From: Gammaproteobacteria bacterium
Lineage (GTDB): Bacteria > Pseudomonadota > Gammaproteobacteria > SURF-13
Direction of reading: 5' to 3'
Length of the DNA stretch: 64,000 bases
Assembly (NCBI GenBank): GCA_003599485.1
Contig: QZKM01000025.1
Coordinates: 2,577 to 66,576, forward strand
Shown piece after piece: positions 48,664-57,631 of this stretch; the stretch's first letter is position 1, and every line of letters starts with the position of its first letter. Both the position numbers and the translations under genes were made by a program. The notes beneath the pieces were generated by a model. That model had not been told where the DNA came from and searched no databases. It saw nothing but the letters and a program-made list of their open reading frames with translations.

Positions 48664-49949
48664 GTGCGCTTCAGTGTGAGATTTAAAAAGTGTGTGGAAC
48701 AGGAAATACACGGGTCATAATTGCGTATCCCTGCTTCCAGCCGCGCGCGCAGTTCATCATCATGCAAACACAGGTTTTCCTCGACGGAGGCGCGCAAATC
48801 GGCCTCCATCTGCGCCTGATTCTGGCTGGTGGGAGGCACGATGCGTGATTTTTTCACCAGCCCCCCATCATCCATCTCATAGCGCTGCCATAAAATTCCG
48901 CGCGGCGCCTCGGTGCACCACGCGCCCACACCCGCGCGCGGGATGATCTCCACAAACGGTTTATCGGGCGGCGTGTACTGTTCCAGAATGGCAACGGCTT
49001 CGTGCAGGGCGAAATGAATTTCCAGCGCACGCGCCACGATGCTGTGATAGGGATTGGTGCTCGGCCAGTGGATGCCTGTACCCTCGGCCAGCCGCAAGGT
49101 GCGCGGCGGCAGATGATCCAGATTATTGTTGACGCGCGCCAGCGGCCCCACCCAATACGGTTTGCCGTTGATCAGCGCGTGCAACGCGGTGGAGTGCGGC
49201 ACCTGGTGCTCCACCATATGCGCATCAAATTCCGCCGCGGAAATATTCAATCCCTCGCTGGAAACGATGGCGCCCTCGTTCATGGGGTAGTCCGATTCGT
49301 GGCGCAGCGACACGAAAGGCGCCTGACGCGCAACGGCCGGCAGCTTGAGATCCGCCGTCCAGCGCACCAGATCTTCCGCATCCTGCGCCGCCGCCCGCAG
49401 GCGCGCCAGCAGGGCCGCCGCCTCGGCTTGATCCGGCGCGCGGTAAAAGCCGCCCACGCGCGCGCCGACCGGATGCACCGAGCGTCCGCCCATCATGCCG
49501 AGGATGGCGTTGCCCAGGCCTTGCAGTCGCAGCCCGCGGCGCACGATGCCGGGCTGATCCTGCGCCAGCGCCATGGCGTCGGAATAGCCTAAAAAATCCG
49601 GCGCGGCCAGAAGATGGATATGCAGGCTGTGGCTCTCCATCCATTCGCCGCAATAATACAGGCGCCGCAGGCGGCGAATGGCCGGCGTAATCCGGGCGCC
49701 GAAGGCCGTCTCGATGGCGTGCACCGCGCTCATCTGATAGGCCACTGGACAGATGCCGCAGATGCGCGCCACCATGTCCGGGATTTCCTTCCAGCTCCGG
49801 CCCTCCAGGAATTTTTCGAAGAAACGCGGCGGTTCGAAGATATTCAGCCGCAAATCCGCCACGCGCGTTCCGTCAATGTGCACGTGGAGCGCGCCTTCGC
49901 CTTCCACGCGCGTCAATACCGGAACTTCAATGCGGCGTTCACTACTCAT
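48660..49949 (-). CDS. Group 3b [NiFe]-hydrogenase large (alpha) subunit
   Basis: RVEGEG, EPPRFFE, L1 [11 protein letters not shown]2 [10 protein letters not shown]. Confidence 0.93.
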   Translation of the reverse strand: MSSERRIEVPVLTRVEGEGALHVHIDGTRVADLRLNIFEPPRFFEKFLEGRSWKEIPDMVARICGICPVAYQMSAVHAIETAFGARITPAIRRLRRLYYCGEWMESHSLHIHLLAAPDFLGYSDAMALAQDQPGIVRRGLRLQGLGNAILGMMGGRSVHPVGARVGGFYRAPDQAEAAALLARLRAAAQDAEDLVRWTADLKLPAVARQAPFVSLRHESDYPMNEGAIVSSEGLNISAAEFDAHMVEHQVPHSTALHALINGKPYWVGPLARVNNNLDHLPPRTLRLAEGTGIHWPSTNPYHSIVARALEIHFALHEAVAILEQYTPPDKPFVEIIPRAGVGAWCTEAPRGILWQRYEMDDGGLVKKSRIVPPTSQNQAQMEADLRASVEENLCLHDDELRARLEAGIRNYDPCISCSTHFLNLTLKRT

Positions 49950-49964
49950 ATAAGGACTGACGGC

Positions 49965-52448
49965 TTACCCTCCCTCATTTTCCTCATCGTCGTCTTCTCC
50001 ATTTTTCTGCTTCCCGCCCTTCGCACCTTCGCCGAACTCCTGACGCAGCAGCGCAAGTTCATATAATTTCACCGCGACCAGATAATTGACGGTGCCCGGC
50101 GGCAGCTTGCCCTCCTTGTCAGGCGCGCCGGCGGCCACACCCGTCAGCATCTCTATCGCCTGATCTATGGTCTCGACCGGATAAATATGGAACTGCCCCG
50201 CCGCCGCAGCCTGCACCACGTCCTCGCGCAGCATCAGGTTTTTCACATTCGAGACGGGTATCAGCACCCCTTGGCTGCCGGCCAGGCCGCGCGCCTTGCA
50301 GACATCGAAAAATCCCTCGATCTTGTCGTTCACCGCGCCTATCGCCTGCACCTGGCCGAATTGATTCACCGAGCCGGTCACGGCCAGGGACTGCTTGACC
50401 GGAATCCCGGCCAGGCTGGACAGCAGCGCGCACAGTTCGGCGAGTGAAGCGCTGTCGCCCTCGACCATGCCGTACGATTGCTCAAACACCAGGCTCGCAG
50501 TGAGCGACAGCGGCCTGTCCTTGGAGTAACGCGCGGCCAGGAACGACGACAGGATCAACACGCCCTTGGAATGGATGGCGCCGGAGAGCTTCACCTCGCG
50601 TTCGATGTTGATGAACTCGCCCTCGCCCAGGCGGGTCGTGGCGGTGATGCGCGTCGGCTGGGCGAAGCTGTGCGCGCCAAGCTCCAGCACGGAAAGCCCG
50701 TTGACCTGTCCGACTGACGTTCCCTGGGTGTCAATCAGCAGCGTGCCGCGCAGGATTTCTTCCTGCACTTCGGCCTTCAAGCGCCCGCCGCGGTGGCGCT
50801 CCGCCTCGATGGCCCGCTGCACATCCGCCACCGCGACGTTTTCGCGCCCCGCCTCGCGCGCCCAGTAATCCGCTTCACGCATCACGTCCGCGACCCGCTG
50901 CATGTGGGTGGACAGCTTTTCCGCGTCCTCGACGACGCGCGCGCTGTGCTCGATGACCCGCGCCACCGCGCCGCGCTCAAACGGCAGCATATTTTCCTTG
51001 CGCGCCAGGGTGGCGATCATCCTGGCGTAGAGCAGATGATTTTCCGCGCTGCGCTCCAGCGTCTCCTCGAAATCCGCCGCGACCTTGAACAGCTCGCTGA
51101 ATTCCGGATCATATTCATACAGCAGATAGTAAAACAGCCTGTCGCCGAACAGGACGATCTTTACCTCCAGCGGAATGGGTTCCGGCTCCAGTGACACCGT
51201 GCTGATCAGGCTGTACATCTGCCCCAGTGATTCGATGCGGATTTCGCGCGCATAGAGAGCGCGCTTGAGCGATTCCCATACGAAGGGCTGGGATAACACC
51301 TTGTGTATGTCGAGCAATAGATAGCCGCCGTTGGCGCGGTGCAGCGAGCCGGGCTTGATCAGGGTAAACTCCGTCACCAGCGCGCCGAATTGCGCGCTGT
51401 GCTCGATGCGCCCGATCAGGTTGTTATAGGCGGGATTGTCATCGCTGACCACGGGCGCGCCCTGGGTGGCGCTGTGATCCACCAGCACATTCACCTGGTA
51501 ACGATGCAGGGAGGGCCGCTCCGTGACGGTCAAGCCCAGCAGCGTGACGGGCGGCTCCTCGCGGCGGCGGAAATCCTCCACGTTCTCGATCACATCCTGT
51601 TCCACGGCGGAAAAATATTCCTGCAGCGCGGGCAGCTGCGTGTATTTCTCGCGCAGCTCGTCTATCAGGTGACCCACGGCGTGCATGGTGACTTCCCGGT
51701 CCAGGGCCTTGATTTTCTCGCGCCGCTCCCTGCGCCACTGCGTGACCTGGCGGATCACGCCCTGCAAGCGCTCCTGAAAGACGCTCACCAGCTTTTCCAC
51801 GCGCTCCTTTTCCCGGTCCGGAAGTTTGTCGTATTCCTCCGGGCCGATCACCTCGTTATCGCGCACCGGCGCGAAGGCAAAGCCGCCCGGTGTGCGCAGC
51901 AGCGCTATGCCCTGCTGCATCGCCTCATTGCCCAGCCCGTCGAGCGCCTGCTCCTGGCGTTCATTGAACGCCTTTTTTATTTCCTCGACCTTGCGGCGGT
52001 ATTCCTCGCTGTCAAACGCGGCGGGTATGGCGCTGCGCAGTTCCTCCACCAGCTGCATCATGTCCTGGCGCAGCTTGACGGCCTGCCCCGCGGGCAGACG
52101 CAGCGCGCGTGGTTTGTGGGGCTGCTCGAAGTTGTTTACGTAACACCAGTCGGAAGGCGGCGCCTCCTGCCTGGCGCGCGCCTCCAGATGGCCGCGCACA
52201 AAGGTGTGTTTGCCCATGCCCGGTGAACCGAGCACGAAAATATTGTAGCCGCTGCGGCGCATGCCGGCGCCGAAACGCACCGCGCCCAGCGCACGCGCCT
52301 GGCCGATGATTTCCGCCAAATCCTCAAGTTCGACGGTGGTCTGGAAGGCGAGTTGATCCAGGGCGCAGGGATGGTAAAGCGCCGCGGAGTCGAGGGACTT
52401 TATACTGTTCGCCGTCATATCCATACGCGTTGATTTCCTTTCGTTCAT
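49965..52448 (-). CDS. Lon-like (LonB/LonC-type) AAA protease, S16 family
   Basis: IGQ.RA, GSPGMGK, GSLHRANGGYL, HSKG, Ser motif EGDSAS, Lys motif VNDKIEGFF; ATGA overlap with the delta-subunit stop. Confidence 0.9.
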   Translation of the reverse strand: MNERKSTRMDMTANSIKSLDSAALYHPCALDQLAFQTTVELEDLAEIIGQARALGAVRFGAGMRRSGYNIFVLGSPGMGKHTFVRGHLEARARQEAPPSDWCYVNNFEQPHKPRALRLPAGQAVKLRQDMMQLVEELRSAIPAAFDSEEYRRKVEEIKKAFNERQEQALDGLGNEAMQQGIALLRTPGGFAFAPVRDNEVIGPEEYDKLPDREKERVEKLVSVFQERLQGVIRQVTQWRRERREKIKALDREVTMHAVGHLIDELREKYTQLPALQEYFSAVEQDVIENVEDFRRREEPPVTLLGLTVTERPSLHRYQVNVLVDHSATQGAPVVSDDNPAYNNLIGRIEHSAQFGALVTEFTLIKPGSLHRANGGYLLLDIHKVLSQPFVWESLKRALYAREIRIESLGQMYSLISTVSLEPEPIPLEVKIVLFGDRLFYYLLYEYDPEFSELFKVAADFEETLERSAENHLLYARMIATLARKENMLPFERGAVARVIEHSARVVEDAEKLSTHMQRVADVMREADYWAREAGRENVAVADVQRAIEAERHRGGRLKAEVQEEILRGTLLIDTQGTSVGQVNGLSVLELGAHSFAQPTRITATTRLGEGEFINIEREVKLSGAIHSKGVLILSSFLAARYSKDRPLSLTASLVFEQSYGMVEGDSASLAELCALLSSLAGIPVKQSLAVTGSVNQFGQVQAIGAVNDKIEGFFDVCKARGLAGSQGVLIPVSNVKNLMLREDVVQAAAAGQFHIYPVETIDQAIEMLTGVAAGAPDKEGKLPPGTVNYLVAVKLYELALLRQEFGEGAKGGKQKNGEDDDEENEGG

Positions 52449-53218
52449 TTTTCCCAAGCCTGCGCGCCCGCGCGGAAGGCGGGCGCCCATCCGTTGATGA
52501 ACCGCAACCGGCGCACGACGTCTTCATCGGAAAGGCCCAGCTCACGGAAGCGCCGCCCCAGCGCCAGCGTGTTGCCATCTTCCTGCGGCCCGAAGCAGCC
52601 GTAACAATCTCGCTCATAGCGCGGACACAGCGCGCCGCAACCGGTGCGCGTCACCGGCCCCAGGCACGGTTCGCCCTTGGCCACCAGCACGCACACGTGG
52701 CCCGCGCGTTTGCACTCCAGGCACACCGATTCGCCGGGTATGCGCGGAGCCACGCGCGCCAGCAAGTCACTGAGCACGCGCTTTAATTGCCGCTGATCTA
52801 TGGGGCAACCCCACAGTTCCGCGTCTACCTTGACGTGTTCCGAGACGGGCGTGGAGCGCGCGAGGCTGTCTATATACTCGGGCCGGGCGTAAATCGCGCG
52901 CACAAATTCGTCATGATCTTTCCAATTGCGCAACGCCTGCAAACCGCCCGCGGTGGCGCACGCGCCGATGGTGATGAGCAGCCGGCTTGCGGCGCGTATC
53001 TCACGGATGCGCTGCAAATCGGCAGACGTTGAGATCGAGCCTTCCACGAAAGATACATCATAAGGGCCCGGCTGCGTCACACTGGAAGCCTCGGTGAAAT
53101 GCGCGATCTCCGCCCGGCTTGCCAGGGTGAGTAAATCCTGCTCCAGATTCAAAAACTGAATCTGGCAGCCATCGCAGGAGGCGAACTTGTGCACCGCGAT
53201 GCGCAGTCTCCCGGTCAT
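52445..53218 (-). CDS. Group 3b hydrogenase small (delta) subunit
   Basis: KFASCDGCQ, EGS, GACA, GCP, C-terminal Cys cluster. Confidence 0.92.
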   Translation of the reverse strand: MTGRLRIAVHKFASCDGCQIQFLNLEQDLLTLASRAEIAHFTEASSVTQPGPYDVSFVEGSISTSADLQRIREIRAASRLLITIGACATAGGLQALRNWKDHDEFVRAIYARPEYIDSLARSTPVSEHVKVDAELWGCPIDQRQLKRVLSDLLARVAPRIPGESVCLECKRAGHVCVLVAKGEPCLGPVTRTGCGALCPRYERDCYGCFGPQEDGNTLALGRRFRELGLSDEDVVRRLRFINGWAPAFRAGAQAWEK

Positions 53219-53219
53219 G

Positions 53220-54071
53220 TTAAAGCCCCTTTACCGCCAGCAGCGCACTCACTTCTGTGTAGGAAAATACCGGGCCGTCCTTGCAGATGAATTTTCCGCC
53301 GAACATGCAATGGCCGCAATGCCCCACGGCGCACTGCATGTTGCGCTCCAGGGACAGATAAATATCCGCCGGCGCCATGCCCCGGCGCAGCAGATTTTCC
53401 GCCACCGCGCGCATCATCGGCTCCGGCCCGCACATCATGGCGACGCCCTTAAACATCTCCGGGGCTATGTCCTCCAGCGTCTGCGTCACCTGGCCCACGC
53501 GTCCGCGCCACTCCGGCGTGCCCTTGTCGGCGGTCAGCAGCACCTGGGTGTCCGGCGCGGCGCACCAGCTCTGGATGCGCTCGCCGTAAATGAGGTCGCC
53601 GGGGTGCTTCACGCCGTGGCACAGCGTGAGCGCGCCGTACGACTCGCGGCGCTGCAACGCGTAATGAATCATGGAAGTGGTGGGCGCGCAGCCCAGGCCG
53701 CCGGTGATCAACAGCAGGCTGCGCCCGCGCGCCGCCTCCACCGGCCAGCCGCGTCCGAACGGGCCGCGCAGCCCCAGTGCATCGCCCGCCTTGAGCCGCT
53801 GTAACCCTTGAGTGACGCGCCCGACGGCGCGGATGGTATGGTCTATCAGTCCGGGATCGTCGGGGTCGGAAACGATCGAGATCGCCACCTCGCCCACGCC
53901 GTACAGATACAGCATGTTGAACTGGCCGGGCTGAAAACGGTACGCTGCGCGCGCGCCAGCATCACTCAGACGCAGGCGCAAGGTGAAAATATCACGCCCC
54001 TCCTCCACCCGCTCGACCACCTGCGCCGCATGCGGCAAATAAGGATTGCGGGACCATGCAACGGCGTTCAT
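53220..54071 (-). CDS. Group 3b hydrogenase gamma subunit (FAD/NAD(P)-binding, 2Fe-2S)
   Basis: PGQFNML, RGPFG, GGLG, CGPE, ERNMQCAVGHCGHC...CKDGPVF. Confidence 0.92.
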   Translation of the reverse strand: MNAVAWSRNPYLPHAAQVVERVEEGRDIFTLRLRLSDAGARAAYRFQPGQFNMLYLYGVGEVAISIVSDPDDPGLIDHTIRAVGRVTQGLQRLKAGDALGLRGPFGRGWPVEAARGRSLLLITGGLGCAPTTSMIHYALQRRESYGALTLCHGVKHPGDLIYGERIQSWCAAPDTQVLLTADKGTPEWRGRVGQVTQTLEDIAPEMFKGVAMMCGPEPMMRAVAENLLRRGMAPADIYLSLERNMQCAVGHCGHCMFGGKFICKDGPVFSYTEVSALLAVKGL

Positions 54072-55213
54072 GTCTTTGCCTCGGGTTGGGCGCCGTGCCT
54101 GCGCCGTAGCGCGGCGGGCAGGCGGATGGCGTTCACTTCCTCGATCAAATCTATGCCGGTGGGACACCAGGTAATGCAGCGCCCGCAACCCACACAGCCG
54201 CTGACGCCGAACTGCTCGATCCATGCGGCGAGCTTGTGCGTGAGCCATTGACGGTAGCGGTGGCGAATCTGCGGGCGGATCTGCGCGCCATGCAGATAGC
54301 CGTGTTCCAGGGTGAAACACGAATCCCACTGACGCTGATGCCCGCTCTCCTTCCCGTCCAGCGAGGCGACATCCGTCTCCCGGTGACAAAAACAGGTGGG
54401 ACACACCAGGGTGCAGTTGCCGCACGACAGGCAGCGCTCCGCCACATCATCCCAGCGCGGATGCTCAAGATTATTAAACAGCAGCGCCTGGATATTTTCA
54501 GTATCCAGGCGGCGCGTTTGGCTGCGCGCGGCGGCATCTATCGCCTGCGCCGCCTGCGTGATCTCTCCCTCATGCGCGGGCTGCAAGGGCAGATCGGCCA
54601 GCACCGCCTCGCCCGCCGCGCTGCCTGCCCCCACTAAAAAGGCGTCTTCCAGTTCCGTAAGCGCGATGTCATAACCTTCGCGCGCGCGCGGGCCGGTATT
54701 CATCGAGGCGCAAAAACAGGTGGCCGCGGAGCGCGTGCAGTGCACCGCGACGATAAACAGATTTTCACGCCGCGTGGCGTAATAGGGATCGCTGAAATCG
54801 TTGTACCGGCCTTTGAGGAAGGTGCGGTCCTGCACCGACACTCCGGCAAGATCGCAGGCGCGCGCGCCGATCACGGCGAGAGGCCTTATCTCCGGCAGCG
54901 TCTCTTTAAAACGCACTTCGCCGTTTTGCTCCACCGTCCACAGGGTTTCCTGCGGGGCGAACAGAAAACGCTTCAGCGACTCCGGGCCGTGCACGTAATC
55001 GAACAGGCGTCCGTTCCCGGAATCTTCCAGCCGGTAACGGCCCGGCTCCTGCACGCTGACCAGTCCCACGGGCAACTCGTCGGCGCGGCTGACTTCATCA
55101 TAAACAATGGCCCCGCTCTTCGCGCGCGGGCCCACCACGCGGTAACCGCGCGCGCGCAGTGTTTGGATCAAGACATCAAGCTGGTCCCGCTTCAGCAGCC
55201 CCGCCACGGACAT
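54068..55213 (-). CDS. Group 3b hydrogenase beta subunit (4Fe-4S)
   Basis: RACD, CLSCGNCTLVCPTCFC, CVGCGRCITWCP; ATG at 55213 after GAAGGGAG. Confidence 0.92.
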   Translation of the reverse strand: MSVAGLLKRDQLDVLIQTLRARGYRVVGPRAKSGAIVYDEVSRADELPVGLVSVQEPGRYRLEDSGNGRLFDYVHGPESLKRFLFAPQETLWTVEQNGEVRFKETLPEIRPLAVIGARACDLAGVSVQDRTFLKGRYNDFSDPYYATRRENLFIVAVHCTRSAATCFCASMNTGPRAREGYDIALTELEDAFLVGAGSAAGEAVLADLPLQPAHEGEITQAAQAIDAAARSQTRRLDTENIQALLFNNLEHPRWDDVAERCLSCGNCTLVCPTCFCHRETDVASLDGKESGHQRQWDSCFTLEHGYLHGAQIRPQIRHRYRQWLTHKLAAWIEQFGVSGCVGCGRCITWCPTGIDLIEEVNAIRLPAALRRRHGAQPEAKT

Positions 55214-55265
55214 GACCGGTTCTCCCTTCGCCGTGCCCAGCATAGCCGACTCCGCGCGGCCTGTC

Positions 55266-55279
55266 CTGATCTATATCAA
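55266..55279 (-). promoter_or_regulatory. FNR-type box upstream of the hydrogenase structural operon
   Basis: Minus strand TTGATATAGATCAG; -10 TATGCT at 55244-55239. Confidence 0.8.
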
Positions 55280-55298
55280 ATAGTTTCGTCTAAAACAA

Positions 55299-57587
55299 TT
55301 ATGATTCGCCAACGCCCGCGGCCATGCCGGCCGGCGCCTGCGCGCGTGTGGCGGCAAGCTCTGTAAGAAAGCCGGCGGCCCAGCGGTAGATGTTATGCTC
55401 CTCGACAGTCCGGCGCATCCGGCGCATGCGCGCGCGTCTCTGCGCCGTGTCCATTTCCATGCCGTAACGGATGGCATCGGCGAACTGTTCCGTATCATAC
55501 GGGTTGATGATGATCGCATCGGCGAGCTCGCGCGCCGCGCCCGCGAATTCCGACAAGATCAGCACGCCCTCGGATTCCTGGGCGGCGACATACTCCTTGG
55601 CCACCAAGTTCATGCCGTCGTGCAGGGAGCTGACGATGCACATCGAGGCCATGCGCAGGAATGCATGGACTGTCCTGGCGTCATGGTGGGATGCCAGAAA
55701 GTGTATGGGTTTCCAGCCGTTGGTCTGATACTTCCAATTGATTTCGTCCGCGAGTGCCTCCAGTTGTGCAATGTGGTCACGATAGCGGCGGAGGTGCGTG
55801 CGGCTCGGTGCGCCCAGTTCCACGAACGTGAAGCGCCCGCGATACTGCGGATATTTTTCCAGGAACCGGCCCACGGCGCGGAAGCGCTCCGGCAGACCCT
55901 TGGTATAGTCAATGCGGTCCACGCCTACCGCGACGTAAGCGCCATCAAGCTTGTGCTGCGCCTTGAGCGCCGCGATCTGACGCGCCAGTTCCTCGCCGGC
56001 CGGAACCTTGCGCTCGGCCCAATCCTGCACGCTGATAGGGAACGGGCGCACCTGTGATACGCGCCCCTTGAACTCGACCGCGAAGTGGTCCCAGTCGAGA
56101 CGCGACTCGAGCACGCGATCCACCGTGTCCAGGAAGTTGTTGCAGTACTGCTGCAGATGAAACCCCACCAGGTCGGCGCCGAGCATACCGGTGAGAATGT
56201 CCGCGCCCCACGGACAGATGCGGAACGCCTCGGGGTTCGGCCAGGGGATGTGCCAGAACAGCCCCACCCGCAAATCCGGGCGCACTGCTTTAAGCATTTG
56301 CGGCACCAGGGCAAGCTGATAATCCTGCACCAGCACCACGGCCTTGCCGTCGCCGATCTCCTCAATCACGGCGTCGGCGAAGCGCTGGTTTGCCTGGCGG
56401 TAATAGTCCCAATCCGCGGCGCGGAACACCGGGCGCTCGTGCGCCAGGTGGCACAACGGCCACAGTCCCTCGTTGGAGAAGCCGTAGTAGTAGCCCTGCT
56501 CCTCCTCGCGCGTGAGCCACACGCGCCGGAGCGTATAGCGCGCGTCATCCGGCGGCACCGTGAGCCGTCCCGATGCGTCCGCGGTCTCGCGGTCGGCATC
56601 GCCTCCGCCGTGCGCGATCCATACGCCGCCGCAGGCCTGCAACACCGGATCAAGCGCAGTAACCAGGCCGCCCGCGGGCATAATCATGCGCGGCTCGCCG
56701 TCGCGTAACTGGTGCATGTAGGGCTCGCGGTTGCTCACCACGATAAGCTGGCGGTCTTCGCCCAGTGCGGTGATCGCATGGGTGCGCAGCCGGTCACGGG
56801 TCCAGACCTGCTCAGCGTGCATCGCCGCCTGCGACAGCCTGCGCCCGGTTGAGCGCGCGGCGCGGAAGGAGGCGGCGAGCCGGTCGGTCTCGCTGTGCAG
56901 CAGCGCCGACGGCAGACCGCGCGGCGGCGCTTCGGAAACGTTCTCGGTACGCAGGCGCCGCATCCAGTCCGCCAGCTTGTGCAGCGGGCGCTCGTAGGCA
57001 AACCAGGTCATGCCGACCACGAGCATCACCGCAAGCAACGTCACGATCAGTATCCAGAATCCGTAGCGCACCAGCCGGCCGGTGGCGCGTTCGTCTATGT
57101 ACGAAACATCGTGCGCCACCACCAGCACGCCTTGCCCGGAACCGGCCGCGTCCTTGAGCGGAATTGCGAAGACGTGGATCGGCGCGCCCTGGAAGCGCGT
57201 GGTATCGAATGCGTCTGTTCCGGTCTGCGCCGCCAGTATGGCCGTGGGCTGGAGCCGGTCCGCGAATTCCGTCACCGCCTTGCCGGACGCCACCAGTTGG
57301 CCGTCCGGCCGGAACACGGCGTAGCCGATCAGGCGGCTATAGCCATCGAGCCGCGCCCGCAAAGCTTCGCGCGCCTGGGCATCGGGCAGCGTCAGAGCCC
57401 TTCCCACCGTTCCGGAAAGTTGCTGCGCCAGCACGTGGGCGCGGCGGTTCACATCCTCAAGATCAATCCGGCGTTCATCGCTCACCTGCCGCCAGGCGAA
57501 CAGGCCGGTGGCGACTCCAATGGTTGCGGCAATCAAAAGCCCCAGGCGCAGGGAGCGTGCAAGTTGCGGTCGTGCTGTCGTTGTCAT
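55299..57587 (-). CDS. Trehalose-6-phosphate synthase (GT20) with an N-terminal TM-periplasmic-TM-HAMP-like module
   Basis: Two TM helices around about 150 aa, then VVSNREPY, AGGL, LWPLCH, QDYQL, FWHIPWP, DRIDYTKG, DGMNLVAKEY. Confidence 0.88.
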   Translation of the reverse strand: MTTTARPQLARSLRLGLLIAATIGVATGLFAWRQVSDERRIDLEDVNRRAHVLAQQLSGTVGRALTLPDAQAREALRARLDGYSRLIGYAVFRPDGQLVASGKAVTEFADRLQPTAILAAQTGTDAFDTTRFQGAPIHVFAIPLKDAAGSGQGVLVVAHDVSYIDERATGRLVRYGFWILIVTLLAVMLVVGMTWFAYERPLHKLADWMRRLRTENVSEAPPRGLPSALLHSETDRLAASFRAARSTGRRLSQAAMHAEQVWTRDRLRTHAITALGEDRQLIVVSNREPYMHQLRDGEPRMIMPAGGLVTALDPVLQACGGVWIAHGGGDADRETADASGRLTVPPDDARYTLRRVWLTREEEQGYYYGFSNEGLWPLCHLAHERPVFRAADWDYYRQANQRFADAVIEEIGDGKAVVLVQDYQLALVPQMLKAVRPDLRVGLFWHIPWPNPEAFRICPWGADILTGMLGADLVGFHLQQYCNNFLDTVDRVLESRLDWDHFAVEFKGRVSQVRPFPISVQDWAERKVPAGEELARQIAALKAQHKLDGAYVAVGVDRIDYTKGLPERFRAVGRFLEKYPQYRGRFTFVELGAPSRTHLRRYRDHIAQLEALADEINWKYQTNGWKPIHFLASHHDARTVHAFLRMASMCIVSSLHDGMNLVAKEYVAAQESEGVLILSEFAGAARELADAIIINPYDTEQFADAIRYGMEMDTAQRRARMRRMRRTVEEHNIYRWAAGFLTELAATRAQAPAGMAAGVGES

Positions 57588-57631
57588 GAAGCCTCCTTCT
57601 CTCTGCCTTATCCGGCGCGGACGGGAGCGCG

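Noticed and set aside
53220-54425. Extended ORF starts for hydrogenase gamma (likewise msrA, nrdG, icd, RNase Z, archease, miaA)
   Set aside because: The extensions overlap upstream genes or promoters; internal starts with RBS or stop-start coupling fit the family N-termini.
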